Part shown: piece by piece, positions 49,319 through 63,040 of the stretch | How positions within the stretch are numbered: the first letter of the stretch is position 1 | Layout: the number at the start of each line of letters is the position of its first letter | Source: Octopus vulgaris | Taxonomy: Eukaryota | NCBI GenBank assembly: GCA_951406725.2 | Contig: OX597814.1 | Location: 108,562,001 to 108,626,000 of the forward strand | Length of the DNA: 64,000 nucleotides | Reading direction: 5' to 3' | The notes under the pieces: generated by a model | Database searches by the model: none | What the model was told of the DNA's origin: nothing | Seen by the model: only the letters and a program-made list of their open reading frames with translations | Program-made: the position numbers and the translations under genes

Positions 49319-49899
49319 GGTACAACTAGCGAACAATGGTCCCGGTGCGCGCATCCGCGCTAGCTAGTCGTAAGTAGTTGATCCTACAACGACTTGCGCG
49401 TATGTTTGTATTCCAAGGCTGAATACATATCAAAGAAAATTAAATAATATTTTTCGAACAAAGTAAATAAAACGCAAAGTAAATAATTTTTTAAACTAAA
49501 TAAATAAATTATTTGGTACTATTAGCGAACCGTGGTCCCGGTGCGCACACGCGTAGTCGCGCATCCGCGCTAGCTAGTCATGACTAGTCGATCCTTTGTG
49601 TTTTTGTGTTTTATTTACTTTGTTTAAAATTATTTACTCTGTGTAAAAAAATTATTTATTTTATGTTTTATTTACTTTGCTAGATAGTCGTTTTAGGATC
49701 GACTAGTCACGACTAGATGCGCGACTACGCGTGTGCGCGCACCGGGACCACTATTCGCTAGTAGTACCAATTATTTTTATAAACAAACTAAGGTTAGGGT
49801 TAGGGTTAAAAAATTAGGTTTAGGGTTAAGGTTAAAATGTGGTTGTAGGATCGACTACTTACAACTAGCTAGCGCAGATGCGCGAGTGCTAGTAGTACT
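49319..49899. mobile_element. GGTAC-ended MITE (TSD GGATAACTT) containing a nested relative at 49515-49768 (TSD AATTATTT)
   Basis: Both TIR pairs and both TSDs are visible; TTAGGG-like repeats at 49790-49833. Confidence 0.85.
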
Positions 49900-51691
49900 G
49901 GATAACTTTATACTTGTTTCAGCCCATTAGCCGTCAACATGATCAAACCAAATCTTTCCGATGGAGGTGTTGGTGGGCGAAATAAGCTGGGAGGATTGAA
50001 AAGGCGCAGATAAATTAGCAATTATAAAAATTTCACATGATTTAAAACTTTTATGTTATTATGGACATTATGGCGAAGGAAGAGGACCCACAAAATTCCT
50101 CTACTTTTTGGTTTAAGACTTTCTGCATATAATCTGTGACTACAGTAACAAACTTTTCCCCCGATATCTGTTATAGTTTTAATTAAAGTTGCGCACCATA
50201 TATATTTTATTCCTGTATTTCATTCTATTTGATCGGCCTCGGTAGGATGAAAAGCAAAGATAGTCTAGATAAGAACTGAAACGGAAGCAATTAAATACCA
50301 ACAATGTATCTAATCAAACACCTCACTGATTCCTGCCATAAACTGCCCTACATTTTGCAATAAATTAATTACATACTACGGCTAAGTTGAGGTTATTGAT
50401 ACGGCCAATTAAACACTGATAATCTGGTCTAATTTGAGTTCCCTTATTGTTTACTGTGAACACCAAACAAGTGAAATGGCCTGCTAGAAATAACAGTCAA
50501 ATGAGCTTCAAACAACAGCCTACTGTCTTAAAAATCGCGTCCACCCATTATAAGCCCGTAAAGTTATATTCTATAATCACAGCTGTCGACCAGGGTTGGT
50601 CTGATTATTTACAAACATCAACATTAATAACTAAATGCTATTTTATATGGGATCTTTCCATTCTATATCTTCTGTGTGTATAATATTGTATATATAATAT
50701 ATATGTGTTGTTAGCCTTAGCAGCGGTGCCAGTGGGACATCTATTCCGACAGACATGAATTGAGGCTAAGGTGAGTGAGTAAGGTTCATATAGTTATATT
50801 TAAACAGTGTTTTCACTTTGTCTAACAGAATTAATTAATTAATAATTAGTAATAATTAAACAGACGTGGGTGTTTTGTTGTTGTTATGAATATGCTTTAG
50901 TTGATCAATGATGAGTGAAAGCATTTTCATGTTTTAAGTTTTTACTCCCTTAAATTATCCAACAAAATTATGTTTTATATATCAATCAATTACTTAATTT
51001 ACAAAAATTTTTATAAAATATTTCAATTTGTGTTTTGATTAACATCTATGTCCGTGTATGTGTGTATATGTATGTGTTATAAGTGTTCGCAATTCTGGGT
51101 TAAACGTACAAACATGCCAGAGTATATGTATATATATATATATATTTCTGTGCCACTAATATGTAAACAAACTGTTTCTTTTTGTTGTCGAAGTTTTGGA
51201 AAATAATATTTCAAAGTAACTTTGGGGACTGAATGGAGGCCACAATATTTAAAATCCTCTTTCTATTTTAAAGTCAGTAAGTTCAATCAGGAAGGATCAA
51301 GCAATTGACTTCGATTACATTGGTAACATTTGACGTGTAGAATATTTATTTATATTGTGCGTGCGTGTTTATAAGATGTATGTATAGATAGATAAATATA
51401 TATGTAGGACCAGACTAAGACCTAGTGGGGCCAGTTGGCTAGGAGTGGGTCTTTTACGGTTGCAGATTCTAAAGGTAGTAAGATAACATAGTTCCATTAA
51501 ATTTAGGGACCACACACCATTTGAAGAGGCCTCAATTAAAAATTTTTTAAGGGACTCAGTTATATTTAATGGCTTTTTAAATATAAAAGGGTCCCCCTCC
51601 CCACTGTTCCTTGTAGGTAGGTCCTCGATGCCGCTCCAACACTTTCTCTCGGACTGTCTCTATCTCTCCTACCTTCCTCTCTTTCTTTTCC

Positions 51692-51797
51692 TTGCGGAGG
51701 TAAAGAATACGCACACCACCCGTTTTCGGCGTAAACCTAACCCTAAAACTAACCCTAACCCTAAACCACTGGGTGTGTGTATTCTTTACCTTCGCCC
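51692..51797. mobile_element. ~105-bp MITE with internal CCCTAA repeats; same terminus as the 44857 element
   Basis: GCGGAGGTAAAGAATACGCACACC...GGTGTGTGTATTCTTTACCTTCGC. Confidence 0.7.
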
Positions 51798-52169
51798 TTC
51801 CCCACCTGGTATAAACCACTTCACTTGGTTCTACCCCCTCTCCCAGCTGAGAGGTTTTTGCCTCAGGTTACTTGGCAACCCCACATAAAAATTACCCTGT
51901 ACACTCTGGAAGGCCATCCAGCCATTGACATCATACCAAAGCTGATACTGGAACTCGGTGCAGACCTCAGGTTTGCCAGCTCCTGACAAATTGTCCAACC
52001 CATGCCAGCATGGCAGGCGGACATTAAATGATGACGATGGTGATAATGATGATTAAATTAGCATGAAGTTTTGATGGAAGACAGTTTTAACTTATTTTCA
52101 TATTTGGGGACCCAAATATTATTTATTGATCTTTTCTTTTAGACACACATAGTGGTTTATTATTATTAC

Positions 52170-52775
52170 GTTCTGCACACCCTAGTCCAGTGCCCGAGTA
52201 TTACTGACCTGTGGGTTTATGTCGAACACCTGCTGTCGCGTGTAGGACGGATCTGGCTATCACCTGAATCCATTGTGAAGATTGCACCGCCGTCCTCTTT
52301 TGGCCGGGAGGGGCAGGCAATTTTTATTTGTCTAGTGGCTGTAGCGAAAGGGGTAGTATGGTGGACCCGTTTGAAAGGGCTAAAGACAGACACTTTCCTC
52401 TTTGGTCAAGCCCTCATCAACTTTTTCAAGTTTCACTTGAAAAGGAAGTTGAGGGTGGAGAGATTGAGGTGTTGCCTTGTAGCAAGTTTGTTGAGAGAAT
52501 GGCCAGTATGAAAGGGCCAATTCTGAGCATGCACCTGTAAAAAGGAAATTAAAGAAGAGCTCTTATCCTGCTGATCAGGCACCCGTGGCTTTTGTGGGGT
52601 TTTCCACAAGCACCTTAAAGTGCCTCCTCTATTGGGAGTTTTAATTTAATTTTTATTGTTTTGCTTTGTTTACACAAAGAAAACCCATTGTATCGTCCTG
52701 TTTTTGTCTTTTATGTTGTTGTATGTCATTTAATGTTTTTGTATGTGAAGCCTTGTGGCTAATAAAACAATAAAT
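52170..52775 (+). mobile_element. Older 3' fragment of a related Tx1-like element
   Basis: HTLVQCPSITDLWVYVEHLLS...VAVAKGVVWWTR...FKFHLKRK matches the ORF2 C-terminus of A/E; ends AGCCTTGTGGCTAATAAAACAATAAA. Confidence 0.85.
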
Positions 52776-53419
52776 TATTATTATTATTAATATTATGGTG
52801 GCGAGCTGGCAGAATCATTAGCACACCGGGCAAAATGCTTAGTGGTATTTGTTCCGTCTTTACGTTCTTAGTTCAAATTCCACCAAAGTCGACTTTGCTG
52901 TTCATCCTTTCGGGGTCGATAAATTAAGCACCAGTGAAACACCGAGGTCGATGTTATCAGCTAGTTCCCTCCCACAAAATTTCAAGCCTTGTGCCTATAG
53001 TAGAAAGGATTATTATTATTAAGGCACCAAGCTGGCAGAAACATTAGCATGCTGAGCAAAATACTTAGTGGTATTTTGTCTGTCTTTACATTCTGAGTTC
53101 AAATTCTGCCAAGGTCAACTTTGCCTTTCTTCCTTTTGGGGAGTCGATAAATTAAGTACCAGTTGCGTACTGGGTCGATCTAATCAACTGGCCCCCTCCC
53201 TCAAAATTTTGGCTGAGAAAGGCTGATGTAAAGCAGTGGAATTTGAACTCAGATTGTAAAGGTGGGCGAAATGCTGCTCAGTGTTATGCTTGGTTTGCTT
53301 ATGATTCTGCCAGCCCATAGCCTTAAATAAACTTAGAAATTTTAAAAAGCAACAAACTGAAGAATAGTTGTATATTTAAGAATTGAGGAATTATGTACAT
53401 TATTTACATTTGTCCTCAT

Positions 53420-53488
53420 CTGATGAAGGCTGGAGGATATATCAGCCGAAACATTGTTTCGGCTGATATACCCTCCAGCTTTCATCAG
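53420..53488. ncRNA. Two hammerhead-like cores in inverted orientation (Penelope-type terminal repeat; related degenerate copy at 19880-19930)
   Basis: CTGATGA-A-GGCTG...CAGCC-GAAAA/C pattern: + strand CTGATGAAGGCTGGAGGATATATCAGCCGAAAC, and a near-identical motif on the - strand. Confidence 0.5.
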
Positions 53489-53765
53489 GTGTCTTGGGGA
53501 AATTTCAAACCTGGGTTCTTATTCCTAAGGTATTTTTCTATGTTATTATTATTATACCCGTGGGCATAACTAACCCCAAGATTCCGAGTTCGATTCCAGA
53601 CAGTGACCTAAATAATAATAATAATATTAACAACAGCAACACTGAAAATTACCAAGTGTCTTCTACTACAACCTCAGGTCTACCAATGGTTGTGACTAAA
53701 TGTGATAGAGGGGAACCTGTCATCCATGTGTGTGTATATATATATATATATATCTTGCACCAAAA

Positions 53766-53802
<37 letters not shown>

Positions 53803-55683
53803 TAATGGAAAATTATAGAGGTGAACTCTTTTCAAGAAACAACAGTGTAGGGCTCAATTTATTGAACAATTAGATTAAGGTAGCAAAGTACTGAAGGCAT
53901 TAAAGTATACCGTAATATATATCTTCATCTTCATCATCATCATTTAATGTCCGCTTTCCATGCTGGCATGGGTTGGATGGTTCGACTGGGGACTGGCAAA
54001 CCAGGAGGCTGCGCCAGGCTCTAGCCTGATCTGGCAAGGTTTCTACAGCTGGATGCCCTTCGTAATGTCAACCACTCCAGTGTAGTGGGTGCTTTTTACA
54101 TGCCACCAGCACAGGGATCCAGTCAGGTGGCATTGGCACTGGCCATGTTCAGATGGTGCTTTTTACATGCCACCAGCACAGGAGCCAGTCAGGTGGCACT
54201 GGCATCGACCATGCTCGAATGGTGCTTTTAATGCATCACTGGCACAGGAGCCAGTTAGGCGGCACTGGCATCAGCCATGTTTGAATGTGTGTATGCGTGT
54301 GTCTTTATGCTTGTTTCCCTCCACCACCACCACCTCACAACCAGTGTTGGTTTGTTTAACTGAATGGTTCTTTTATCTTTCACCTGTTTTAATCATTAGA
54401 CTGTGGCCATGCTGTGGCACCACCTTGAAGAATTTTAGCTGAATGAATCAGTCCCAGTGCTAACTTTTTTTTAAAAATAGTACCTATTCTATCAGTTGCT
54501 TTTACCAAACCACTAAGTTATGTGGACATAAACGCACCAACACCAGTTGTCAAACAGTAGTGAGGGACAAACAAAGAAACATACACACAGACATATGACA
54601 GGCTTCATTCAGTTTCCATCTTCCAAATCCATTCCCAAGGCTTTGGTTGGCCCAAGGCTATAGTAGAAGACACTTACCCAGGGTGCTTTGTAGTAGGACT
54701 GAACCTGGATCATGTGTTTAGAAAGTTTCTTACCACACAGCCACGCCTGTTTAAATTTAGGTTATAAGTTTTTATTTTTTTATGTAAATGATTAATGGTT
54801 AATATTTTAATATTATTCTGTTTTTTTCTTTTTGTTTTCCAGATTTTCATGGCATGATGACAGATTCTTGAGAGAAATAATAGCAGTATGTGATACAGGT
54901 GCATGAATCTGGTGCCACAGTTAAGCCCTAAAATATTTCACATGATCTTAACATGAACCCTAAATACTTCAGCCCTGAAAAGTTATCTACCCTTAGAATA
55001 TAGTTCAGATATATTTCAATAATGCAGAAATAACAAGAGCACTCAGAGTGCAAACCTCCGCCCAAGGCAACACCAATGTCCTCTCAACAATTAGCCAGAG
55101 ATGATTTTTAGAATGAGAATATCTGAAATAAACTCAGCTACTCTCACAAATGAGAATGCTAAAAATGAACCCGACTGCTCTCAAAAATTAAGTAAAAAAT
55201 AGGAAAAATAATCCAGAATCCTTGTCTGATACTGGATCAATCCCAAAATCTAATCAGTTTGTACCAGTTACGAGGCCAAACATTCCTGAAAGTTTCATTC
55301 GAATCCATCCAGCTGCTCTTGAGATATCTTGTCCATGGACAAACAAACAAACACGACTGAAAACAATACCTCCGCCTTCGCTAAGGCAGAAGTAATAAAC
55401 CTTTAATTATCATGGCTTTGAATTTGCTTGGTTTTATATACTGATGCCAAATCCCCCGAAATCTAATGCAGTATATATATTTATACATTGTAATGTAGAT
55501 GTAATAGTGAACAACTTAAAGGTCACATGACTTATGAAATGAATCAGAACAATATATTTAGCTGTTAGTGTGGTGTGGAGGAGGTTAGTCGCCATTTTAT
55601 AGTGTTTTTATGTAAATCATTCTAACTTCCATTAGTACAGTGATAGACATTGAAGTACTAAATGTAATTTGACCTTAATAATT

Positions 55684-56736
55684 ATGGATAAGAGAAAGAT
55701 TGATGAGGTTAATTCTGGTGTTAAGAGGAGGAGGAAAGTGTTAACTCTGGACAGTAAACTGGAAATTATAAAAAGACATGAACGTGGTGAGAGTAAAGCA
55801 AAAATAGGACGAGATTTAGGAATGAATGAGTCGACTGTGAGAGCGATTCTGAAGAAGATTGATGACTATAAAGAAAAAGGTAAAGTAGCGTCAACTTTGG
55901 GTCTGCAAACAACAAGGAATAGAAGTCGGATTATGATTGAAATGGAGCATCTTTTGTCTTTGTGGATTGAAGATTGCAACCTTAAGCAAATTCCTCTAAA
56001 CACCATGACTATTAAAATGAAAGCTTTAAATATTTTCTCTGCAATTAAAAGAAATTTAACGAAAGAAAATGAAATTCTAACAGCAGCCGAAATGAAAGAG
56101 ACTTTTACTGCTAGTTCTGGTTGGTTTGAGAGGTTTAAAACTCGAACAGGGATTCACAATGTTCGTATAACAGGGGAGGCTGGCTGTGTAGACAAATATA
56201 CAAGAGACAAAGATCCAAACACTTTTAAAAAAATAATTGAAGAACGAGATTATGATGACAAACAATTATTTAATACTGATGAAATGAACTTATATTGGGT
56301 AAAAATGCCTTCGAAAACGTTTTTAATAAAGAAAGAAAATATACAAAAATCACAACCTTTGCTTGGTTTTGATGAAAAAGACGATAGAAATGATGAGGAT
56401 TTGTTTGAACCTCATTCAAAAGAATTAAGTGATGATGAACTCCTTAATTTAGATCGGGAGTGTGTGTACAAAAAAGCAGTCGGTCAAGCGGGCGATAAAG
56501 AGGAACAACAAAACATAGAAATTTCTGTAAAAGGACTTGATACAATGTTTCAAGAATTTGAAAAATTCAAACAGTTAATAATGGATATTGACCCTAACAT
56601 TGAAAGAAGAACAAAAGTTCAGCAGAACTTGGACAATGTACTGTCTTGCTACAAACAGATCCATGCAGAGAAAACGAAAGAAAACAATAAAAACGGAACA
56701 CAAATGACTTTGGATAAGTATTTTTCAAAGAAATAA
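55684..56736 (+). CDS. pogo/Tigger (CENP-B/TIGD-like) DNA-binding protein, 350 aa, lacking most of the DDE domain
   Basis: RRKVLTLDSKLEII...MNESTVRAILK (CENP-B N-terminal HTH), EMEHLLSLWIED...FTASSGWFERFK (second HTH), QLFNTDEMNLYW, then directly an acidic Tigger-like C-terminus; no stops. Confidence 0.82.
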   Translation: MDKRKIDEVNSGVKRRRKVLTLDSKLEIIKRHERGESKAKIGRDLGMNESTVRAILKKIDDYKEKGKVASTLGLQTTRNRSRIMIEMEHLLSLWIEDCNLKQIPLNTMTIKMKALNIFSAIKRNLTKENEILTAAEMKETFTASSGWFERFKTRTGIHNVRITGEAGCVDKYTRDKDPNTFKKIIEERDYDDKQLFNTDEMNLYWVKMPSKTFLIKKENIQKSQPLLGFDEKDDRNDEDLFEPHSKELSDDELLNLDRECVYKKAVGQAGDKEEQQNIEISVKGLDTMFQEFEKFKQLIMDIDPNIERRTKVQQNLDNVLSCYKQIHAEKTKENNKNGTQMTLDKYFSKK

Positions 56737-59700
56737 ATTAACAAAAATATCTATTTTGTTTCTGTCTTGTATTATTTATTTGCTGTGAGTGTTAAAACTT
56801 TCAGTCAATGTATTTCATATTATCCTCAAACAAGGTGATCTAAATTAAAACCATCCATGCTAATTTATATTCAAAATACCAGCTTAATAATGACAAAAGT
56901 TGTTTCCCTAAGTTCTTCATTATTTTTAAAATTAACTGAAACAAAGACAGTGTATTTCAACAGGAATATGGTAACAAAAGGGTTAAAGTGATCTAAAAAC
57001 CTTCCATCAAAATTTTATGTTATGTTCCAAATACCAGTTTAAAAACAACAAATTTCTTTATTTTCAAAATTAATTGAAACAAAAGCAGTGTTTCAACAGA
57101 AATCTCTCTCTTTTTACTCTTTTACTTGTTTCAGTCATTTGACTGTGGCCATGCTGGAGCACTGTCTTTAGTAGAGCAAATCGACCCCAGAGCTTATTCT
57201 TTGTAAGCCTAGTACTTATTTTATCTCTTTTGCTGAACTGCTAAGTTACGGGGATGTAAACACACTAGCATCGGTTGTCAAGCAATGTTTAGGGGGGGGG
57301 GACAAACAGACACACAAACACATACACACACACACATATATACATATATGCGACGGGCTTCTTTCAGTTTCCGTCTACCAAATCCACTCAGAAGGCTTTG
57401 GTTGGCCTGAGGCTATAGTAGAAGACACTTGCCCAAGGTGCCACGCAGTGGGACTGAACCCAGAACCATGTAGTTGGGAAGCAAGTTACATAGCACACAG
57501 CCAGGTAACAATAGGGTTAAAAGTGGTAACAAAATGAATTTTTACCAAATTCTGCCATTATTTTGCAATTCTTGAACCAGTTGTTGCATTTTTTTTATTG
57601 CCATGTTCAGTTAACATAGCATTTTCACAGATTTAATTAAATGTGTTCATTAGAGTTTTAATGTAACTCTCATGGATACAAATTAATGAGGGAGCCTGTA
57701 TGCGGTCACTTGACCTCTTAGAAAAAGCAACCAAAGTCTCACAAATCAAATCTTAGAAATTTCTATTTTTAAATCTTACAACATGAGATATTCAGCTACA
57801 GTACTTTGGAGTAAAGGTTGTTTGCCAATATAATATGGCAGTCCTGGTTTAGAACTAATGTTACTGTAATTTAGCCCCAGGGAACAACATTATCTGTGTC
57901 CTTATATTTTTGAACAAGGGAATCTAGCACCCCCACTCAGCTCAAAATAATATCTGTGTCCTAAACCAGGACTGCCATGTTATGGAGGCAAACAATCTTT
58001 ACTCCAAAGTACTGTTCCTGAAAATCTCGCATTGTGAGATTTAAAAATAGTAATTTTCTATTTTATAGATCAGTAACTAGTTGTCACTTTGAAAACTATA
58101 TATTTCGAATGGGAATTTGGCAGCGCCATCTCTAACTGAACAATTATTCTGTGCTGATGAAGGAAAATAATCTAGAAATCACAATACACAGATATTGTTT
58201 TGAGCTGAGTGGGGGTGCTAGATTCCCTTGTTCAAAAATATATGGACACAAATCGTGTCGTATAGCCAGCTGGAGACGATGTCTCCTGGGGCTAAATTAT
58301 AGTAACATCTGTCCTAAACCAGGACTGCCATGTTACGTTGGCAAACAATCTTTACTACAAATCAAATCTTGTGCAAAAAACAAAAAAGGTCTCATAAGGT
58401 AATATAATGAGATGGTCATGGCCGGAATGCCTTTGATCATTGATTTGGTCATTCAGAGTTGACCTGGAACTCATAAAAAAGGCTTCCATGAATAGAAGAA
58501 AATGCCCTGCCTCTGTGACAAACAGATATCTAATAATGGACCAATGAGAAGAGGAGGAGGAGGAAAACATGATCCTTTGAGAGTGGTTGGTTGCATAGAT
58601 GCAGACCACAGGGTCTTTGGGTGGTTTTAGTGGAGTTCATGTTGTTTCAAGCATTTGGGTAAGGTGTTTAGTTTAATAATAAACGCCTTCCTTATACCTG
58701 CCAATCTCAGAGGCCCTGAAAAATGACAGGGTCATGGGCCCTACCCCTCCATGATTGAACTTCAGAAAGAAAGGAAAAATATGTGGTTGATGATCTGTTC
58801 GAAAATTTGCAGGAAGAAGATGGTCAGGTGGGAATCCCAGGAAAAAAAAAAAAATGAAAGCCATCTGGGGAGAAAGGATTCAGTAAAGTGTTCAGGGTAA
58901 GGCCTGGAAAGTATGTCACAGATGGATGACACCATTAGATTGCATTCTGAGGGGTGTAAGGGTTCTTACACTTTTGTTTCACCACCATGAAAGAAGCCCA
59001 TGATGTGTGTGTGTGCTAGCATAGGAGACAGACATTGATGATGATGGTGGTGGTGATGGTAGTGGTGCATGTGTGTATGTCTCCTTGTTTTGACATTATG
59101 TGATGTTTGTATACGAGCCTTGCCATCATACAAGTGACAGCCTTTGTTTTCAATCTTCTGTGAAAACATGTCTATCCAAAGGGAAATATTACCGTGCTTG
59201 GAAACAGACGAGGATTGGTGTCAGGAAGAGCATCCAGCAGTAGATCTGTCTCAGAAAATTCCATCTGATTCATGCAAACATGGAAAGGTGGTCATTAAAC
59301 AATGATGATGATGATGTTGTTGTTGCCCATTAATGAGTCAGACTTAAACCATAATTATAAATTTCCTACTCAGTGAAACCCAGTGACTCATGTTTGGCTA
59401 TCTAAAATGTGCAGTTTTCATTATTGTAATTAATTTTAATTACACAGTCTCCTTTATTAACATTTGTTGCTTCTGTAATCTTAAATGCTGCCAACCTCCT
59501 CTAATAAATCTTAAAATATTGCATTGTTCTGGCGGCAGCTGTTCAAGAGGTCACTGATCTCAGAAATTTGTGAAGACGGCCATGAATGCAGCCTCTTTTA
59601 CCAGAGCAGGCCAACAGAACAGACAAACATAAAAGTGCTGCCCCTATTTTGCCTTCGCTGTGTTCACTTCTAAGACTCTAAAACTTTGGTTCTTAATCAG

Positions 59701-60000
59701 GGTCCGCATGACCCCTGTGGAGTCTATATGACCCTTGGGGGTCCACATAAGATTTTGGTGTTAAAATTTATCTGCAATAAATTGGTTATATTTCTTCAAT
59801 ACAAAATGAAGAAAAAAGATTTTAACCATTTTCCTATAAAACTCCTAATGGTGGTAAGAAGCTTGCTTCCCAACCACATGGTTCTGGGTTCCGTCCCACT
59901 GCATGGCATCTTGAGCAAGTGTCTTCTACTATAGCCTCAGGCCAACTAAAGCTCCATGAATAGATTTGGTAGATGGAAACTTAAAGAAGCCCGTCGTATA

Positions 60001-60035
<35 letters not shown>

Positions 60036-62957
60036 GTGTGTGTGTGTGTATAAATGTATATGTTTTTGTGTCTGTGTTTGTGCCCCACCATCGTTTGACA
60101 ACCGATGCTGGTGTGTTTGCTTCCCCGTAACTTAACGGTTCAGCAAAAGAGACCGATAGAATAAGCACCAGGCTGACAAAAAATAAGTCCTTGGGACGAT
60201 TTGCTTCAGTATGGCCGCAGTCAAACGACTGAAACAAATAAATGAATATATAATTAAAAAATGCTTTAAAAAAAAAAAAATCAAATGTCTACGAGGGTCC
60301 ATCTGAGTTAAAAGGGAATCAAAAGAGTCCATTGTTGAAAAATAGTTGAGAAACACTAAACAACTGATCGACATGCCAGAAATAGTAGTGAAATCTCTCT
60401 CAAACCACACCCTATTGTTCTAGTACAAGGACACTTGGATAATGTAATTATAATTATAATTTGTTTGTATATATTTATTTCTTGCGACATTTAGTCATTT
60501 TTTAATGTTCTGAATTCAAATTTCACCGAGGTCGACTTTGCCTTTCATCCTTTCGGGGTCGATAAATTAAGTATCAGTTGAGAATTTGGGTCGGTGTGAT
60601 CGACTTAACCACTCTCTCGACTCTGCAGGCCTTGAGCCCCAAATCGAAACTGATAAATAAACATTCAAACATAGTATAGTTTAATTATAAATCAGTTTAT
60701 TGTCATTGTATACGATGTATACAACTCATTGATATGTGTAGAGTAAATAAAATAACAGCGACTATTTCGCGTCGTTGATCTGCTAAGATTATTAATAAAA
60801 AGCAAGGTGAGAGAAGAATTTGCAAAAATTTTTAAGCCATATCTTCTTCTCTCCCTTAATATATATTACCGAGTTTGCTGCCTGTAATAGTTTTAACATG
60901 TCAAACATGAAAATTCAAAAATAAATACTTGATATTTTCTTTAGTTCTATACATCGCCAGAGAGATAAAGTTTAATTTCCGTCTCTATCTTGTTTCTCTA
61001 GTTTAGTATCATGTCTCATAAAATAGAGACAAGGTTTCTGATTGAAATAACCTTGGAAGAAGACACGGATGTTACACAACTTTTTTCCCCATTTCCTCCT
61101 CTCCTATAAATACCAGAACAGTTTTCTTTTAGCTGTTAAGGCCTTTCACACTTACGTAACAAGTCAATATTTTGAGTGTTGAGGTTGAACTTATTGATTA
61201 TAGAGAACTATTTTCTATCCGTCAAACAGTGCTACTGCAATTTACACCAGCAATTCATTAGTACATGTTTTAATCCAGTTTTAATTATAAAAAGTTCATA
61301 GTAGATGTCTGTAGAAAAACACTGCCTTTGTTTTAATTAATTATGAAAATAATGAAGTATTTTGTAAAATAACTTTATCATTATTAACCTGGTACTTGGA
61401 ACTTATATTAACATGGAAAATTTAAATTTGAATCCCTTTAAAATAGGAATTTTGTACCATAGAATCAAGGGCGGTCTTGGACTGGTTAGTATCAAAAGAA
61501 TGTTTTTGCCCTGGGACACTTGGTTCTGTCACATGTTATGAACAGAACAGCGCTACCTCAACATAATATATCATTTTTCCACTATATTCTTTCGACGAAG
61601 TTTTAACCATTATCTTATTATAGAAGACTTAAATATTCTCTTAAAAGTAATTTCGACAAAAAATTGTTTCTTTTTTTCATGTCTGCTCTGTTAAATTAAG
61701 GGCGAAATCCGCTGTAACCACTGACGGCTGTTCCTCATGTAGTTTGTCGAAGACCAACCTACACAGTAGTAGTTATTTCGGCTACAACATACTATTTAAT
61801 AACTAAGCTTGTGTTAATTATAAAATAAAATAACAATAACAGTGATTTATTATTCTTTAAAATAAAACTAATTGTGAACTATTCCTTAAAGGGCAAAAAT
61901 TGCTAATCGTAGGTTATGTCCCTTTAATTTGTGAGGGGTTCAAACCTCGCTGAAGTTGAACATTTCTTTGCTCCTGGGACCAATAAAACAAATACATAGC
62001 GAAGTACAGATAACCATATGATCGTTACCAAGTCATGTTCTGTGCATATATCACAAATCATTTTATTGAACTTGATTAGCTGAGACAGTTGACACCTCTC
62101 ACTCGCAATGTCTTCTGGATATTCTGGTATTTAAAGTAAAAAAATATTTCCACAACTCGTGTCATCTTCGTAATTAAACAAGAAAGAAGGATTAACAGCA
62201 CTTTTGCAGTTAAATAAATGAATTAACCAACGTTATTACCGAGAATGGACAATTCGAAGACCCAGTCTTCTATGACACAATTCTACGGATAAATTATATT
62301 TGATCGAACTTAAAGAAACGAAAAATCTAAGTCGACCGTCGCTAAATTATAATTACATTAACTAAGAACTTTATTATAATATGATAGATTATATATTAAT
62401 TTGTATTCATTATTTTATCCTTTACATATCAATTATATCGGTTTCTTAAAAATACGAAAATATCGCTAATAATAAATCAATATTTCATCAACTTTTCGAT
62501 CTCGTACTTATTTCAGTTATTAGACTGCGGCCATGCTGGGGCACCACCTTAAAGAATTTTAGTCGAACGAATCGACTGCTGTTTTTGTTTTGTTTTTAAA
62601 CCTGGTACACATTCTAGCAATTACTTTCGCCGAACCGCTAAGTTACCGGGACGTAAACACACCAACACGGGTTGTCAAGCAGTGGCGGGAGACAACACAG
62701 ACACGCTTTTGTGTGTGTGTGTGTGTGAAGTTATCTACTGTCAGCGTTCTCTTTTACTCTTTTACTTGTTTCAGTCATGTAACTGTGGCCATGCTGGAGT
62801 ACCGCCTTTAGTCGAGCAAATCGACCCCAGGACTTATTCTTTGTAAGCCTAGTACTTATTCCATCGGTCTCTTTTGCCGAACCGCTAAGTTACGGGGACG
62901 TAAACACACCAGCATCGATTGTCAAGCGATGTTGGGGAGACAAATACAGACAAACAT

Positions 62958-62994
<37 letters not shown>

Positions 62995-63001
62995 CACACA
63001 T

Positions 63002-63040
<39 letters not shown>

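Noticed and set aside
50715-50776. Possible small exon (TTAG...AAG/GTGAGT) upstream of the CENP-B-like ORF
   Set aside because: Splice-like motifs alone are insufficient without transcript evidence.
49790-51766. TTAGGG/CCCTAA runs as telomere or fusion relics
   Set aside because: Short, degenerate and internal to TIR-bounded MITEs.
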